From Sphaerodactylus townsendi (taxonomy: Eukaryota): 64,000 nt of DNA. Shown piece by piece: positions 51,214 to 63,970 of this stretch. The translations under genes were made by a program, and so were the position numbers. How positions within the stretch are numbered: the stretch's first letter is position 1; the number at the start of each line of letters is the position of its first letter. The notes beneath the pieces are model-generated. The model did no database searches, was not told the origin of the DNA, and saw nothing but the letters and a program-made list of their open reading frames with translations. The stretch is from the NCBI RefSeq assembly GCF_021028975.2, contig NC_059428.1, forward strand, positions 41,602,001 through 41,666,000, in the 5' to 3' direction.

Positions 51214-51774
51214 GGCTGTTTCCGCACAGCCCATTAATGGTGCCCTGGGGACGGGATAAACGCCGTACCCAGGGAGCCATTCGACAGTTGCAGCAGCGCC
51301 GACCTGACTCCGCTCCCCCTCCCCCAGGGCAGCGTCAAGCTGCCCTGAAAAACAACCCTTTAAAGGGTTGTTTTTCCTTCATTGGCAACAGCGATGAAAT
51401 TCCACGCATGCGCCTTGTGCAGAACAACAACCGCCCGGGAACCACGCCTGTTTCGCTTCCCCGTTCATTCTCAGCCGTGTCCCCGTCGTCGGCCTGCTGG
51501 CCGTCGAAGTTCGCCCATACTTTAGTCCTCCGACCCCTGGAGGTCGGAGGGCAGAATGGGCGGGCTTCGCGACGACCAGCAGGCCTAACACGGGGACATG
51601 GTGAGTGGGACGCGAAGAGGCGACTCGCGTGTGGAGCCGCCTGCCGTCTACCTGGCCTGTCTGCCTGAGGTGCCGCACGCGCATGCTTCCATCGCGAGCG
51701 GCCTCCGCCTCAAGGCGGCGAGAATTCCTGCCGGGCGTGGAGCGCGCCACCGACGTCCGATCGCAGAAACGGCC
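51214..51774. mobile_element. CpG-rich Harbinger-like MITE
   Basis: TIR GGCYGTTTCYGC with 3-bp TSD TAT. Confidence 0.8.
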
Positions 51775-53909
51775 TATGATTCTAATTCCTGGGACTGGTG
51801 ACAGCTCCTATGAATTATAAAGCAACTTTAGAAGGAAGCCTCAAAATAGCTGAAGAATTAGTTCACTATTACACACATTATACTAAAAAGATATACCATC
51901 CATGATTTTAATTTACATGAACTTGCAAAAGGAATTTCCTTGCAAACATGGCAGACTTGGAAAAGTGATTTGCTGCCAACAATTACACAAAACGACCTTG
52001 GAAATTATAAAAGGGGAAAATTGAATGATTCATAACTGAAAGATGTACAAATAAGAATCTATTTACATAGATTCAGAGTGCTCAAAATTCTATGATACAC
52101 ATGACAATCATTTTAACAAAGATTTCTTTTTAGAAACTTTAAATGCACTGTGAATTGGCCACCCACACTGTTTCTAAATAAAAAACCAATATCTCCCTCT
52201 TGATATCATTGAAATGCTTCTAAAATTTCCAAGAAAACACTGCAGTGGAAAATGACAACGTTGTTTAAACTTTCCAAGAAAATGTATTTAAAGTTTTGAC
52301 AGATAACGATATCTGATAAATCTGCTTCTGAATATCTTAAAGATATTTGTGGATCTCAAATCAAGAAGGGAAGTTTGGGAAGATGGAGATCAAGCAATGA
52401 AATCCAATGAGGACATTCTTGAGTATGCTGTTTCAGAGTCTTGATCTTAAACAGTTTCACAACTAGGGATATGTACCATTTTGGGGGGGGGGGATTTTTT
52501 CAGATTTAAGAGACCTGAACTTCCATAACAGTGTGTGTGTGTGTGTGTGTGTGGGGGGGGGGTTCCCCAGCTTTTTCATATTCTTCAAAATGTTTCATTT
52601 CTATTAAACCTTGAACCCTGCATTGAGCTCTGCATCATTTGTTGCCTCTGAAATTCATGTGGAGTTTGGGGTAGTGGGCTAGAGTCAAATGCTGGGCTTA
52701 ACTCAGCCACACCCAGTGTTAATCTCTGCCCTGTCATCTCCAAAGGCCATGTGGACTTCAAGGGTGGCAAGGTAGGGTTTAATGTTAGGCTGGCTAAACC
52801 AAACCAAGAGTTCAGCTCTCTGCTGCCTGCTGCCTCCAAACCCATGTAGATTACAGTGGTGGTCAACAGACAAGTAAGGGGGGCAGGTGGGAAAAGAGGA
52901 GCTCTCCCATCTTTTTTTAATAGCACCAGGGTCCAAACGGCCTGGAAAATTCTGGGAAATAATTGGCATTTTTCAGGCTCTGCTTTTCTGTTTCCTTATA
53001 TTGCTACCAATTTTTTTTTAGCTCTGGCTTTACTGAATGCATGACAATGCTTGTTGCCCACTCCCTACAAAACCACAATGTCTGCTCTTGCATCTGAACC
53101 CCACAACATCACGAGAAGGAACAACCAGTTGCATAGTCTGCTGAAAAATATCTGCCTCTTTTTCAAGTCATTTTGTTCAATTCCTTTCATAGTTCAAAGC
53201 AATTAAAAAAATGTTGGACTTGACTGTTAGAATTATTTTCCCCTTCTCCTTTCCCAATTCTGTCCTCACAATTATTCAACTGTTTTACTTCCTGCCTCCC
53301 CTGCCCCAGGCATTTTATTTATTTGATCATTATGCCACCCTTTCCCAGAGTCCAGCTCATTTAGCATTCTCATGCAATGCCTCCTTCTCTCTTTTCTCTC
53401 ACATCCAGTTAGCCTCTGGTTAGCTGAGTTTCTCCAGATGCTTTGACTACTCTCTAACTTGCCTGTCCTTTCAGGGCCAAACTTTATGCCATTAAAAAAA
53501 GATTTTGCCTTCCTGCAATAGGCAACATAATTTTTAAAACCTGTGTGGTCCTGTTTTGGCTTAGGGTCATAGCATTTGGGAAGGAGGGGCCCATTTCCTC
53601 AAGCCAAAACTGTCCAGTGGGGAGTTATTTGCATAATTATGGAGCTGGACATACACATGCATTGGCTGGGGGCAGGAGAGCCTTTATGCCCCCATGCCAT
53701 GATCTTGACTAGAATTGGTCCTCGGTAAGGATTTAAAAGTGATGTTCTGCACAACTGCTATGTGGCTGGATCTGAATCACTGAAAACATTTTATTTAGTT
53801 GGTTCCTAATCTTCTCACCAAACCGCTTCACAGCCCCACCCCCAATTATTCTGTTTTCACAGTTTGTTCTGAATTCATGAGTTCCATTAGTAAGTACCCT
53901 AAGTGCTAA

Positions 53910-54446
53910 TGTAACCCCCATGCCCAGAATGGGTTGGCCCAGAATGGGTTGACCCAGTAAGGGGGTGGAGACTCAGAGCAGCAGAAAGGCTGAAAGAGCT
54001 CTTTGCAGAAGACAAGGGTACCAGACTCGGACCTTGATTTCTATAAGCCCTTAACACCTTGTTAAGGTAATTGCAATATTGTTGGGAACTACTGGGAAGG
54101 TAGTTATTGTTTTTTGCTATGTTGTAAAATGTTGGAGTTTTATTGTTTCAGGGTTTTCTTTTTATGGGAGGACTGTGGGTGAGAGTTCTCCTGGGAGACC
54201 TTCATCATGTTACCAACCTGTTCATCAAGCCCGCCTGAGTCTTCAGGAACTACATCACTTGCAAAGAAGAATTGGACTTGGCAATATCAGTAGACTGTAA
54301 ATAGAAGGACTTGAAATGCAACCTGAACAGGACCTTGAATGGATGGGGGATGGTTGTAAAGAAAAGTAAACCATTTTGTTGTTTAAAAATTGTTGTTGCA
54401 ACTCATTCCAAGTACTGCCCCACAGAACCCACAAGCTGAGGTTACA
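53910..54446. mobile_element. Solo LTR (537 bp), Gypsy/ERV-like
   Basis: TGTAACC...GGTTACA termini with 4-bp TSD CTAA. Confidence 0.85.
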
Positions 54447-56289
54447 CTAACATGTCCTGTGCATTTATTACCTTCCTTTTCTTTTAAAGATCACCTCAAA
54501 TGGACCGTTTCGATAGTAATAATAGAATCCTGATGGCATGTTACTCCTCGTGTTATTTCACAAGAACAGCTTTCAGGAAAAAGTAGTGTTGTGTATCACA
54601 TGTATACAACAGCCTTTAGCCCAGAGCTTGGTTACTTTCCCAGTCCAATCCTTCATGTCCTGCAATTAGTTGCAAGTATAGTTGGTGGTTCCACACAGCA
54701 ACTACTATAGCATTAAAATCCTAGTAACTATCCTTCTATTATGTTTACTTGGAAGAAAAATAAATACTTCCTATCATCCCTCCAACGAATTGTCTCTTTA
54801 ACTTGCACTACTTCCTTGAATTGTTTCACATGGTAGTGTATATCTTGTTTATTAGTGCCTGAGCAATTAACTCATATGGCAACAACATTCCTGAATAGAT
54901 GCTTATTCAGCTTATTCTCCAGGTTTTGATTTTTAAAAGAATTAGGCTACTCATTACAACTTTCAAAGTGGCTTACAAAATCAATTAAAAATCTAACAAT
55001 AACATACTGAGAAACAATACTAAATGTGGCTCAGGCTCACCTGCAGCAGCAGGTTGCTGCATGAGAGGGGTTGGGGAAGGTGAGGTGGCGCAGAGCTGGC
55101 CACCTATTACCCTGCAGGCAAAACTCTTGAATGGGGCTGGCTCAGGGTGCCGTGATCTGCTGTGGCCAATGCAGGGGTGGGGCCAAGGGGTGCTGCTTAC
55201 AATAAAGTGTGGCTTAAGTAGAATCCTTGGCCTCTAAGCCTCTTCTAAGTTACCTACTTTGTTTTTTTTTCACCCACACCCAGGTTCCCTCCATTTTCAA
55301 GTAGAAACAAATACTTTCAATTTACTTCATAATTTAATTCCATTTTGTCACAGCTTGAAATTTGAGTTTTGGGCATGGGGATAGATCCTTTTTTGGGGAG
55401 GGGAAATCTGCGTGCCTGCCTCCCCAATGATCAGGGAGCTTCATATACTGCAAGCCCAAGAGTGGGCAGGTAGATGGCTTGTACCCCCTGGTGGCAAGGG
55501 GAGTGCCAAGTAGAGGCTGGTGCCCACAGGGATTCCCAGGCACTTGCCATCCAAAACGGGTCTCTTCAAGCAGGCTTGTTGAGGGTGTTAGTGGGGGGTG
55601 GGCAGGTGTGCCACCACGGTGGTGGATCCATCCTCACCTTGCACCTACGCACCTTTGCTAATAATTAAACAAGCTGTGGCCAGCAATTTTCCATTAATGG
55701 GTGAGTATGTTTTTCATTGCCAAGAAGAACCATCCCTGTCTGCCCACCTTGAGCAGCAACAATTTCAATCAGCTCACAGAACAACAATAATCCAGTAAAG
55801 CATAATGACTAGGGTTAAAAACATTGGGTTTGGAAATTCCTGGAGATTTGGGAGTGGAACCTGGGAGGTCAGGGTTTAAAAAGGCTATAATGCTATACAG
55901 CCCACCTTTCAAAGTAGCCATTTTTTCCATGGAAATGTATTCCTGTAGGCTAGAGTCAACTGTAATTTTGTGAGATCTCCAGTCTCTACGTAGACGTTGG
56001 CAGCCCTAAGTGGCAAATAATTAGGCCAAAGCAAGACGTCATACAATCTAGCTAATAAATGCAGGTGGTAATTGGAAGTTTAACTGATGGAAGGCACTCT
56101 TAATTACTATGTCACTCTGTATATGAAACAGCCAGTCAGTGTCCCAAAGTATTTTCATTTAATCTAACCTCAACAACAACTAAGACATCAGCTTTCCTGA
56201 CCAATATTACCTCCATCTTATCTAGATTCAGTTTCAACCTGTACACTATCATCCCCTTCACTATGACATACAAACACTGATTCAGAATA

Positions 56290-56563
56290 NNNNNNNNNNN
56301 NNNNNNNNNNNNNNNNNNNNNNNNNNNNNNNNNNNNNNNNNNNNNNNNNNNNNNNNNNNNNNNNNNNNNNNNNNNNNNNNNNNNNNNNNNNNNNNNNNNN
56401 NNNNNNNNNNNNNNNNNNNNNNNNNNNNNNNNNNNNNNNNNNNNNNNNNNNNNNNNNNNNNNNNNNNNNNNNNNNNNNNNNNNNNNNNNNNNNNNNNNNN
56501 NNNNNNNNNNNNNNNNNNNNNNNNNNNNNNNNNNNNNNNNNNNNNNNNNNNNNNNNNNNNNNN
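56290..56563. other. Assembly gap (274 N)
   Basis: N run. Confidence 1.
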
Positions 56564-56857
56564 GATCTATTTTAAAGTTCTCATGTATTAAAGAGAATTG
56601 GTAAGAGGACCAAGCCTACATAAATAAATACCATGCATAAGTACAAGCTGAAAAAAATATATGTAAATCAGATCCGCCCCCACCACCCAAGATAGAAAAG
56701 CCATACAGGAAATGGTGGAACAAAATGAGATCATCTGCAAATCTACACAAATGCATGATGTCTATTCTAGACTACACAGTTAGTGTGGAAGCAGGGGTGT
56801 ACCACCTATAGGGTACACCTATAGGGCCATGGGGTTACTACACAGTTAGTGTGGAAG

Positions 56858-57430
56858 CAGGGGTGTACCACCTATAGGGCCATGGGGTTACCCATGTCCC
56901 TGGCGCATGCCTTTTGGACATGTGGGGGGTGCTGGCCAGGTTCCTGTGGCGCAGCATCCTGGCTAGCACTCAGTGACTTCCCTGGTGTTGGGGCACCACT
57001 TGCCAGTGTCCAAGGTCAAGCCCAGCCATGCAGCCAGGATGCCTCTCTCCTGCCAAGGGATCATGCCGGTGCCCAAGGCCGGGCCCAGCAGTGCAGTGGA
57101 GTGGCCTCTCCCCTGCTGGGGGATCACATCAGCACGCAAGGACAGGCTCAGTCACATGGTCGCCTCTCCCCCACTGGGGGATTGTGCTGGCACATGATGT
57201 AGCATGGCAGGGAGGCATCTACTCCACTGGGCCGGTGTTGATGGCGCCTGGTGCTGAGGCCAGGCCCCCGCCACATGGCCAGGAGCCCCCCTGTCCTCCC
57301 TGTCCTCCCTGCTGATGGGGAGGGCAGAAGCTGGCCTGCCCCAGTGGTGCCACTGCCGTAAGTGGGACGTGGGGGGGGGCGCTTGACCAGGTGTTGCCCC
57401 CAGGTGCTGTTTTCCCCTGATACGCCTCTG
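56858..57430. mobile_element. hAT non-autonomous element
   Basis: TIR CAGRGGYGTA with 8-bp TSD TGTGGAAG. Confidence 0.85.
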
Positions 57431-58127
57431 TGTGGAAGCATTATGAGATCATAATGTTCCCTTCATCTGGTTCCATATAACCATGAAGACTGGCTCTTCA
57501 GTCTGAACAGTACAATATTTGATGGCAATTAAGTTCTTATGCACTGTTTGGAATGTGTCTATCTTCTGATCATGACTATTCTGACTTGATACAGATGAGT
57601 ATGCACTACTCATAATAACGAGACTGTGCTGCCACACACTACTATCAATAAACCTGTATGTAGGCCTTCCAATGCCTGCTACCACCCAAATTTCCCACCC
57701 CCAAGGAAATGAAATGTGAAGAAAAAATGGCTTCCACATAGTGACACTCAAGGAATTTCCCCCTAGTATCTGTGGTAGACCATAAACAGTAGAGAAGACA
57801 GCCTACAGCATAACCTGAAAATGATATCATATTTTCCCCAAACTTCATCCTTCTCAGGCACCATCCCCAAATGTCCTGGTCATTGTGCAGGTAGTGTTGG
57901 GAAACTTAACTGTATGACAATCGAATGAATGTGGTTTTGAGGACAAGTGTAAAACTTATGTAGGCAGTCCACATTATGTGTATATATATCGTTTGCATAC
58001 ACACATGTATCGTTGGGTATGTTAGGCTTATAGTTGCAAAAGGTACTCTTTGGGCCAGTGTACTAAACTGTATTATTCACATAATGCCCATCCTGAAGCA
58101 TGCAGCTGAAGGAAAAACAATAATTAC

Positions 58128-58199
58128 CCAGCTTTGTCTGTGTGGTTTTTGGAGCAGTCGTTTGTGGCTGCGAAGGAACTGGCTGCATTTCATGTGAAG
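58128..58199 (-). CDS. ABI3BP: ABI3BP exon, 72 nt: ASHEMQPVPSQPQTTAPKTTQTKL
   Basis: ttttactgtag acceptor, G|GTAATT donor, open, phase 1-1. Confidence 0.88.
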
Positions 58200-58488
58200 C
58201 TACAGTAAAAGAAATTGCCAAGCATTTAGAGAACAATGATACAGAATTTATGACACAAGAAGTGTATTTTCTAAGACTCATATGGTAGAGTGACTGGGCC
58301 TTCTGGGACATCATTTTGCACAAAATGGAAAGAAATATAAAATGATGGAATAAAGTTCCTTAGTCATACGAAGAACTAGAACAGATATTACACCATATAT
58401 CTATTGTGTGCCTGTGAGTACGCACTGACCATTTAAAAAATGTTGTCAAGTAAAAATTAAATCAAAGGACACACACAATTGCCATTAC

Positions 58489-58557
58489 CTAATTTTCCCC
58501 TGGGCGTTTGCAGTGTGGGAGTGTGTATTTTAGGAAATTCTGGAAACTTGTGAGGAG
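58489..58557 (-). CDS. ABI3BP: ABI3BP exon, 69 nt: APHKFPEFPKIHTPTLQTPRGKL
   Basis: ttctccatttag acceptor, G|GTAATG donor; PEFP and PRGxL motifs. Confidence 0.9.
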   Translation of the reverse strand, partial: LLTSFQNFLKYTLPHCKRPGEN

Positions 58558-61031
58558 CTAAATGGAGAAAAGAACAAAAACACGTAACAATTAATCTACA
58601 AATCCTGAAAAAAATAGTATTTGCAACATAGTGATCTGCTATAAAAGAAAGAAACAAAATCTCATTCACCTCTTTATTCCAGTAATGGTGAACATATGTG
58701 CCCTCATTGGACCAGACTGTGGGGCAAATAAGCTTTTGGCTGGCCCTCTCTGTCAACATTCAATTGAAAGGTACCTGGATTCTGAATAGTAATGAATGAA
58801 GGATGGCAGAGAACACATGACGCTAACTAAAGAATGCAGGACTCTTCAGGTCTAACACAGATGCAAGTGTTTTTACATAGATTAAGATACTTGTTAAAGG
58901 CTAAATCACAATGGTTTGATCCCAAAATATTTTTTGCATATGCTGGAGTCTTAGCACCAGTAGAAATGTACTGAGACAACACTAGCAGTATTCCATCCTA
59001 GATGACTGGACTCAAGACATACAATCCAGTAGTATGCATGGGATGTGAGAATGAAGGAAAGGGGCTGTTGACAGCATTATGTCACATTTGGGGAATAGTC
59101 AGAAATTATATCACATTTCTTTAGGAACAGCCTGAGAGCTCTGTGACATAATGAGAGTTTCCTTAACTGATAATAAGGAGGTTTGATAGGTTTTCCTTGG
59201 AAATGGCTTGTCCTTATAAAACAACTACATTTTCTCGGTTTTCCCCTGATGCTGCTCAGAGAGGTGGTAAAGAATGAATACCCCTGCCTGCACCATGGGA
59301 CTGGCAACCCTAAGCTAAAACTGTTAACGTCCATTCTGTTTTCAGGGCAATTTTTAAAAAAGTGTTTTACAATTCAATAGACTTTAGTATGTTTTAATTC
59401 AGGTAAATATTGTTTTCTATTTCTTGTAAATTGTTTTCTATTTCTAGTTAATTTTTTTTTACCTGTTGGGGTTTTAGGTATACCCAAGCCTATCATTTTA
59501 CTTTTTAAAATAACTTGCATTAATTATAAAATTTAAGGATTTTAAAATATTATAATCCATTTGTTATTAAAAAAACCCATATAAATAAAATGAAATATAA
59601 TTAAATGAATTCTGTTTGCTGTTTATAAAATATCCATACATAAATATTGCAGTCCTAAGTACATGTTTGGGGTGGGGGCAGGTTAGCCTTACTGAACAAG
59701 TTTCAATTGGATTCTGAATAAACCTGCTTAAGATTGTATTCAAATACTTGAAAGTAAGGGCATGCATCAATCTTTACAGTATTTTTCAAATTCAAGTTAA
59801 ATAAACCAGATTTTTTTGAGAATCCGGACAAAGGCCTATTATGCATGGAAAGCTTACCTTGGGACTATTCTCTGCACAGTGGCCTTGCAGTGGGTTCTCC
59901 TTGGGTTTCTCTATTTACACACCCTCTTAGGTACTCAGTTTTTCTGCAGAGAACTCTCCTGGCCTGGTTCTCTTAACTCAGCCCATCAATTTATTCTTAA
60001 AGGCACAGATCTCATTACACTTGTTAGTCAAGATTGTTGGCTCAGTCTTTAAACTGCACTTCTATAGATTTTTCTGTTCCAAAAATAATCCCCCTCCAAT
60101 AAAAGAGCAAAGCAATTCCCTGGATCACATGCTACTACAGAAGGGGACACTGTGCTACAGCTGATATTCTCCCCCCCCACCACCACCACTGCTGACACGG
60201 GAGCACAGAGGCTTGTTATTTCCAAGCACTCTCTGTCAATATCTCAATATCTAAATCGAATGCAGAGATCGTCATGTTTTGGCTAAACCCATGTGAGTGA
60301 GCTTCTTTTCTTTCACTTGAATGAGCTGGCAATATGGAAGGGAGAATGAAGAAGGTGTGGATGGCAGTGAGAGGGAGTGTGAACACTGGCTGTGGGTGGA
60401 GGGAAGATATTCAGGGTGAAGATGTGTTCATTGGCAAATCAGCTTGCTCTGGCAGTAAAGCAAAATTAAAATTGTGCTAGAAGTGGTCTTGCTTGCTGTA
60501 GAGAGAATAAAAAGTGAAAGAAGGGCTTGAAGAACTACGTTTGTACAAGAAATCTATGTCTGTACAAGAAATCTCATTTACCCCACAATGCAGCAAACAT
60601 GTTATGCATAACTGGCCAAAAATTTAAACTTCATACCGATATAGGTTTTTCAACTTTTTTTGAACATCTAAAAATTTTAAGCTCTATTAAACCCTATGGG
60701 GCTCCGGAAGGTGTTTTTTTAAAGGTATAAAACCATTAAATTTGAAGTGTAACTTCAGTTGTCTCTTTTTAGAAGAACTCCCAGGTTTGGTAAACTGCAG
60801 TGTAACTTCAGTTGTCTCTTTTTAGAAGAACCCCCAGGTTTTGGTCAGGGGCTTCTATTTTATGGACCCCCAAAGAGAGACTCCTATAAAATTGAACCCC
60901 CACCCCAATCTTTACCAAACCTGGGGGTTCATGTAAGGAGATTCACCAGCAGCTATGGTACAAATTTTGTGCCTCTATCCTTTAAAACAGGCCCCCAGAG
61001 TCCCAGAAAAATAACCCACTGACATTATATT

Positions 61032-61424
61032 GGTCCTTTCCACACGGCGGCGGCAGGGCTTCTCCACTGGCATAATTTATGCCGGTGGAGGTGTGGGGAC
61101 TGCTCACATGGAACCGCCTCTCGGTCGCCCTCCCTCCCTCACCTGCCTCTCCAGCGTCATTCTGGAGGGCTGCAGGGACAGCGTGGGCGGGTCCCTGCAG
61201 TCCTCCAGACGACGCTGGAGAGGCAGGTGAGTGGGAGTGACGGGGAAAGGGGCAGCTTCCCTGCGGTGCAGTTTGCACCACGCTGACGAGAAGCCATCCC
61301 TTCAATGGCGGCTTCACGCCACTGGGGGGGAGCGAGGAGGGCGCTGCTGCAATGCAGCAGCACCTCCTATGCGAACAGCTCCACCGTCCCTAGGACACTG
61401 TTTTTGGCCCGTGCAGAAAGGGCC
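61032..61424. mobile_element. Harbinger-like MITE nested in another repeat
   Basis: ggtcctttccacacgg ... ccgtgcagaaagggcc TIRs. Confidence 0.7.
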
Positions 61425-62621
61425 TTTGATTTATTTCAGACCTGAGGATTGCAGAAAAAAATGTTCCCAACATACAAAGATGGTTTTTTGAGGTAGGGGT
61501 ACCAAATGTTTAGCATAATTTCAGATGACTCTCCTTAGAAGCACCACAAAGTTTGGTGAAGATTGGGTCAGAGGGTCCATTTTTACAGGGGCCCATTTTT
61601 CTCCATTGAAAACAATGGAGATTGAATGGGGCACCATCTTCCGAAGTTCATAAAATTGGATCCCCTGACCCAATCATTACCAATTGGGATGCTTCTAGAA
61701 AGAGTTATCTGAAGCTACACTGCAAATTTGAGACCGCTACCTCATAACACAGCCTCCTTGAGTCCTGCAAAGATACCCTAGTGTAAAATGGTCCTGATTG
61801 GTTTTGCAGCTTTTCCCCTGGATTTGCCTTTTTGGCTCCATTGAAATTGTGCCCTTTTTCAGTTTTAAAAAAAGTATTCAAAGGTCCTAACAGCTTTTTT
61901 CTCAGTTTGGCATATTTGATGTGCACATCCCTACTTGCAAATGAAACAGTGCAGGATATTTTGTTTAATATTAAACACTAAATTGTACATGGAAACAAGG
62001 AATGTCCAAATTAGTTATTCAGTGTGTTCCACTTTTTTCCCCATTTTTTTTTGCCAATTCAGGCTTAGGGACAGTTTACATTTTGGAATGAGTGGTCTTT
62101 CTCGTCATCTGCAAGATAAAGTAGTATAGACTTGATTTTAAATTCAAATATTCTTTTGATCACTCACACTGAGGATCACATTTCACTATTTTAACAGCTG
62201 GTAGAAATATAAACTAATACATTACGGTAGTCATCTCTGTGATTATATATTCATGAGACTCAAATCTGTCAAATACTGCTTGCATTTCGTAATTCAGTCA
62301 AAACAGGTTCTTGATAATTTTCTGAGTTACTGGAAAGGTCCTTTTTTTTCAAGGAGGAAGGTACCTTATAGACCTTCTATAATCTATAATCCTATCAATT
62401 GTAGGATTAAATCCTATATGAGAAGGATCACAAGTTTATGTTCATATAGTCCTAGGCTTATGTACACCTATGATAGTCATGCCATCAGAATATGTATGTG
62501 CATGTGTGCTTTTTGACAATATGAATGAACTTATCCACACCTATAATAAATTAATTTATCCACACCTATAATGGAGTCATAGTCCTGTCAGCAAAGTGAG
62601 TACCATAAACAAAGTATTTAC

Positions 62622-62696
62622 CTAATGTGTCAAGTGGCAATTCAGCCATGGAGCTTATTCTAGGCTTTGAAGATTCCAGTTCACTTTCAGTATGTG
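62622..62696 (-). CDS. ABI3BP: ABI3BP exon, 75 nt: AHTESELESSKPRISSMAELPLDTL
   Basis: ttctctttatttag acceptor, G|GTAAAT donor, open, phase 1-1; ELPLxTL motif. Confidence 0.88.
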
Positions 62697-63276
62697 CTAA
62701 ATAAAGAGAAGAGTTGACATCTGTTCTTCAAACATTCATTACATGATGGTGATATTGTGTACACTTCAAATGATGAGGACAAATTTATGAAGGGATTATT
62801 TTATCTTCTAGCTTCACAAATTCAACAGTGACACATTTTGTCAAAACAAATGAAAATGTTTTCATTAAAAATACAGATAGATATACCACAACTCTCAAAG
62901 CAATGATAGCCCCCCCCCCCAAATCTTTAGATATAATAATTGTTGAGAAGGCAAAGAAGGGTATTTTTGGCAACTACATTTCAAGAATAGTAAAAAGTGG
63001 TTTGTTAAAATTGCAAAGCACAAGTTATGTTGGAATTGTTAGCACTATGGGCTTATGTTTACATAGCATTTAAAATGTAACATTATAAGCTTGCCACTTT
63101 GATGACCCACACTGTCACAGCTTTTTTGTTCAATATTACTCAATCAGTTAAAAGTAAACAGTTCATTTACTGTGATATCCAGGGCTGTCCTCCATGATTT
63201 CAAATTGTAAATGTGTTAATTTCATACCCAACTCACTGTTACTTTGTTATGCTGACCAACTGAATAAACCCAAATA

Positions 63277-63480
63277 CAGGAAGCTGTCTAAAATTGAATC
63301 AGACCCTTAGTCCATCACAGTCAGTACTGTCTACTCAGACTGACAGCAGCTTTCCTGGGTCTCAGGCAGAGGTCTTTCAAATCACCTACTGCCTGGTCCT
63401 TTTAACTGGAAATGCTGTGGCTTTTGCCTGGGACCTTCTGCATGCCAAGAAGATGCTCTACCACTGAGCCACAGCCCCTC
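63277..63480 (-). mobile_element. tRNA-headed SINE with a CR1-like 3' end
   Basis: Minus strand ggggctgtggctcagtggtagagcatc... tRNA head; 3' ...gatggactaagggtctgattc. Confidence 0.7.
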
Positions 63481-63714
63481 CTTATTGTTGCTGGCCCATT
63501 ATGCATGGAGCACTTTCCTCAAGGCTCTTCACTCCATGGTGGGGCAACAGTGGGGCCTCTCCGTTTATATGTGAGGAAGTGGCCCCCTGAATGCTATGTG
63601 GCTTGCCTGCCTCCACTTCTGAATAGCTCCTGGTTGCTTTTTTTAAAAAGTCCATTAATTTTTAAAATCATTTTATTGAGGCATTGCTACAGTGATAGCT
63701 TATAAGTATTAAGT

Positions 63715-63970
63715 TTTTGTCTTTTTAGAAAAGCTGGCCATCAATCCCCCAGGAATGCCTGCAAAGAGTGGGTGGCGGAAGATGGAGAAGAGTGAAAAGC
63801 CCAAAGCTAAAGAAAAGATCGGGTTGGCCTGCTCTCAAGAACTGCGCGGCTTCCAGGATCTGCTGTACCATAAGTCTGAGCATGTCTGCAATTAAATCTC
63901 TGATCCAAAGGAAACGTATCCTCGCTGCAGGGCAGAGCACCAATGTATAATCAGCCTCAGTCTCCATGTG
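63715..63970 (-). mobile_element. Probable LINE ORF2 C-terminal fragment
   Basis: ETEADYTLVLCPAARIRFL resembles the ETxxHxLxxCP...R terminal motif; A-rich 3' flank. Confidence 0.4.

Larger units (their letters stand above)
1428..62696 (-). other. ABI3BP: ABI3BP (TARSH) gene, internal part: array of at least 24 symmetric phase-1 mini-exons encoding the Pro/Thr/Lys-rich central region; both gene ends lie outside the window
   Basis: There are 24 AG...GT-bounded, stop-free exons, each a multiple of 3 and phase 1-1. Peptides match human ABI3BP as I recall it, in the same order: ...ELPLDTL, APHKFPEFP...PRGKL, ...ILESLTPKT...PRATL, VPSETP... versus human ...ELPLSTL, ...PEFP...PRGTL, ...ILDSIPPKT...PRATL, APSETP. 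Not database-checked. Confidence 0.9.

Noticed and set aside
51790-52440. AT-rich stretch that might be a decayed transposase
   Set aside because: No identifiable motif or terminal repeat.
63420-63480. tRNA-like sequence (also at about 26640-26700 and 38812)
   Set aside because: These are SINE heads without an intact cloverleaf.
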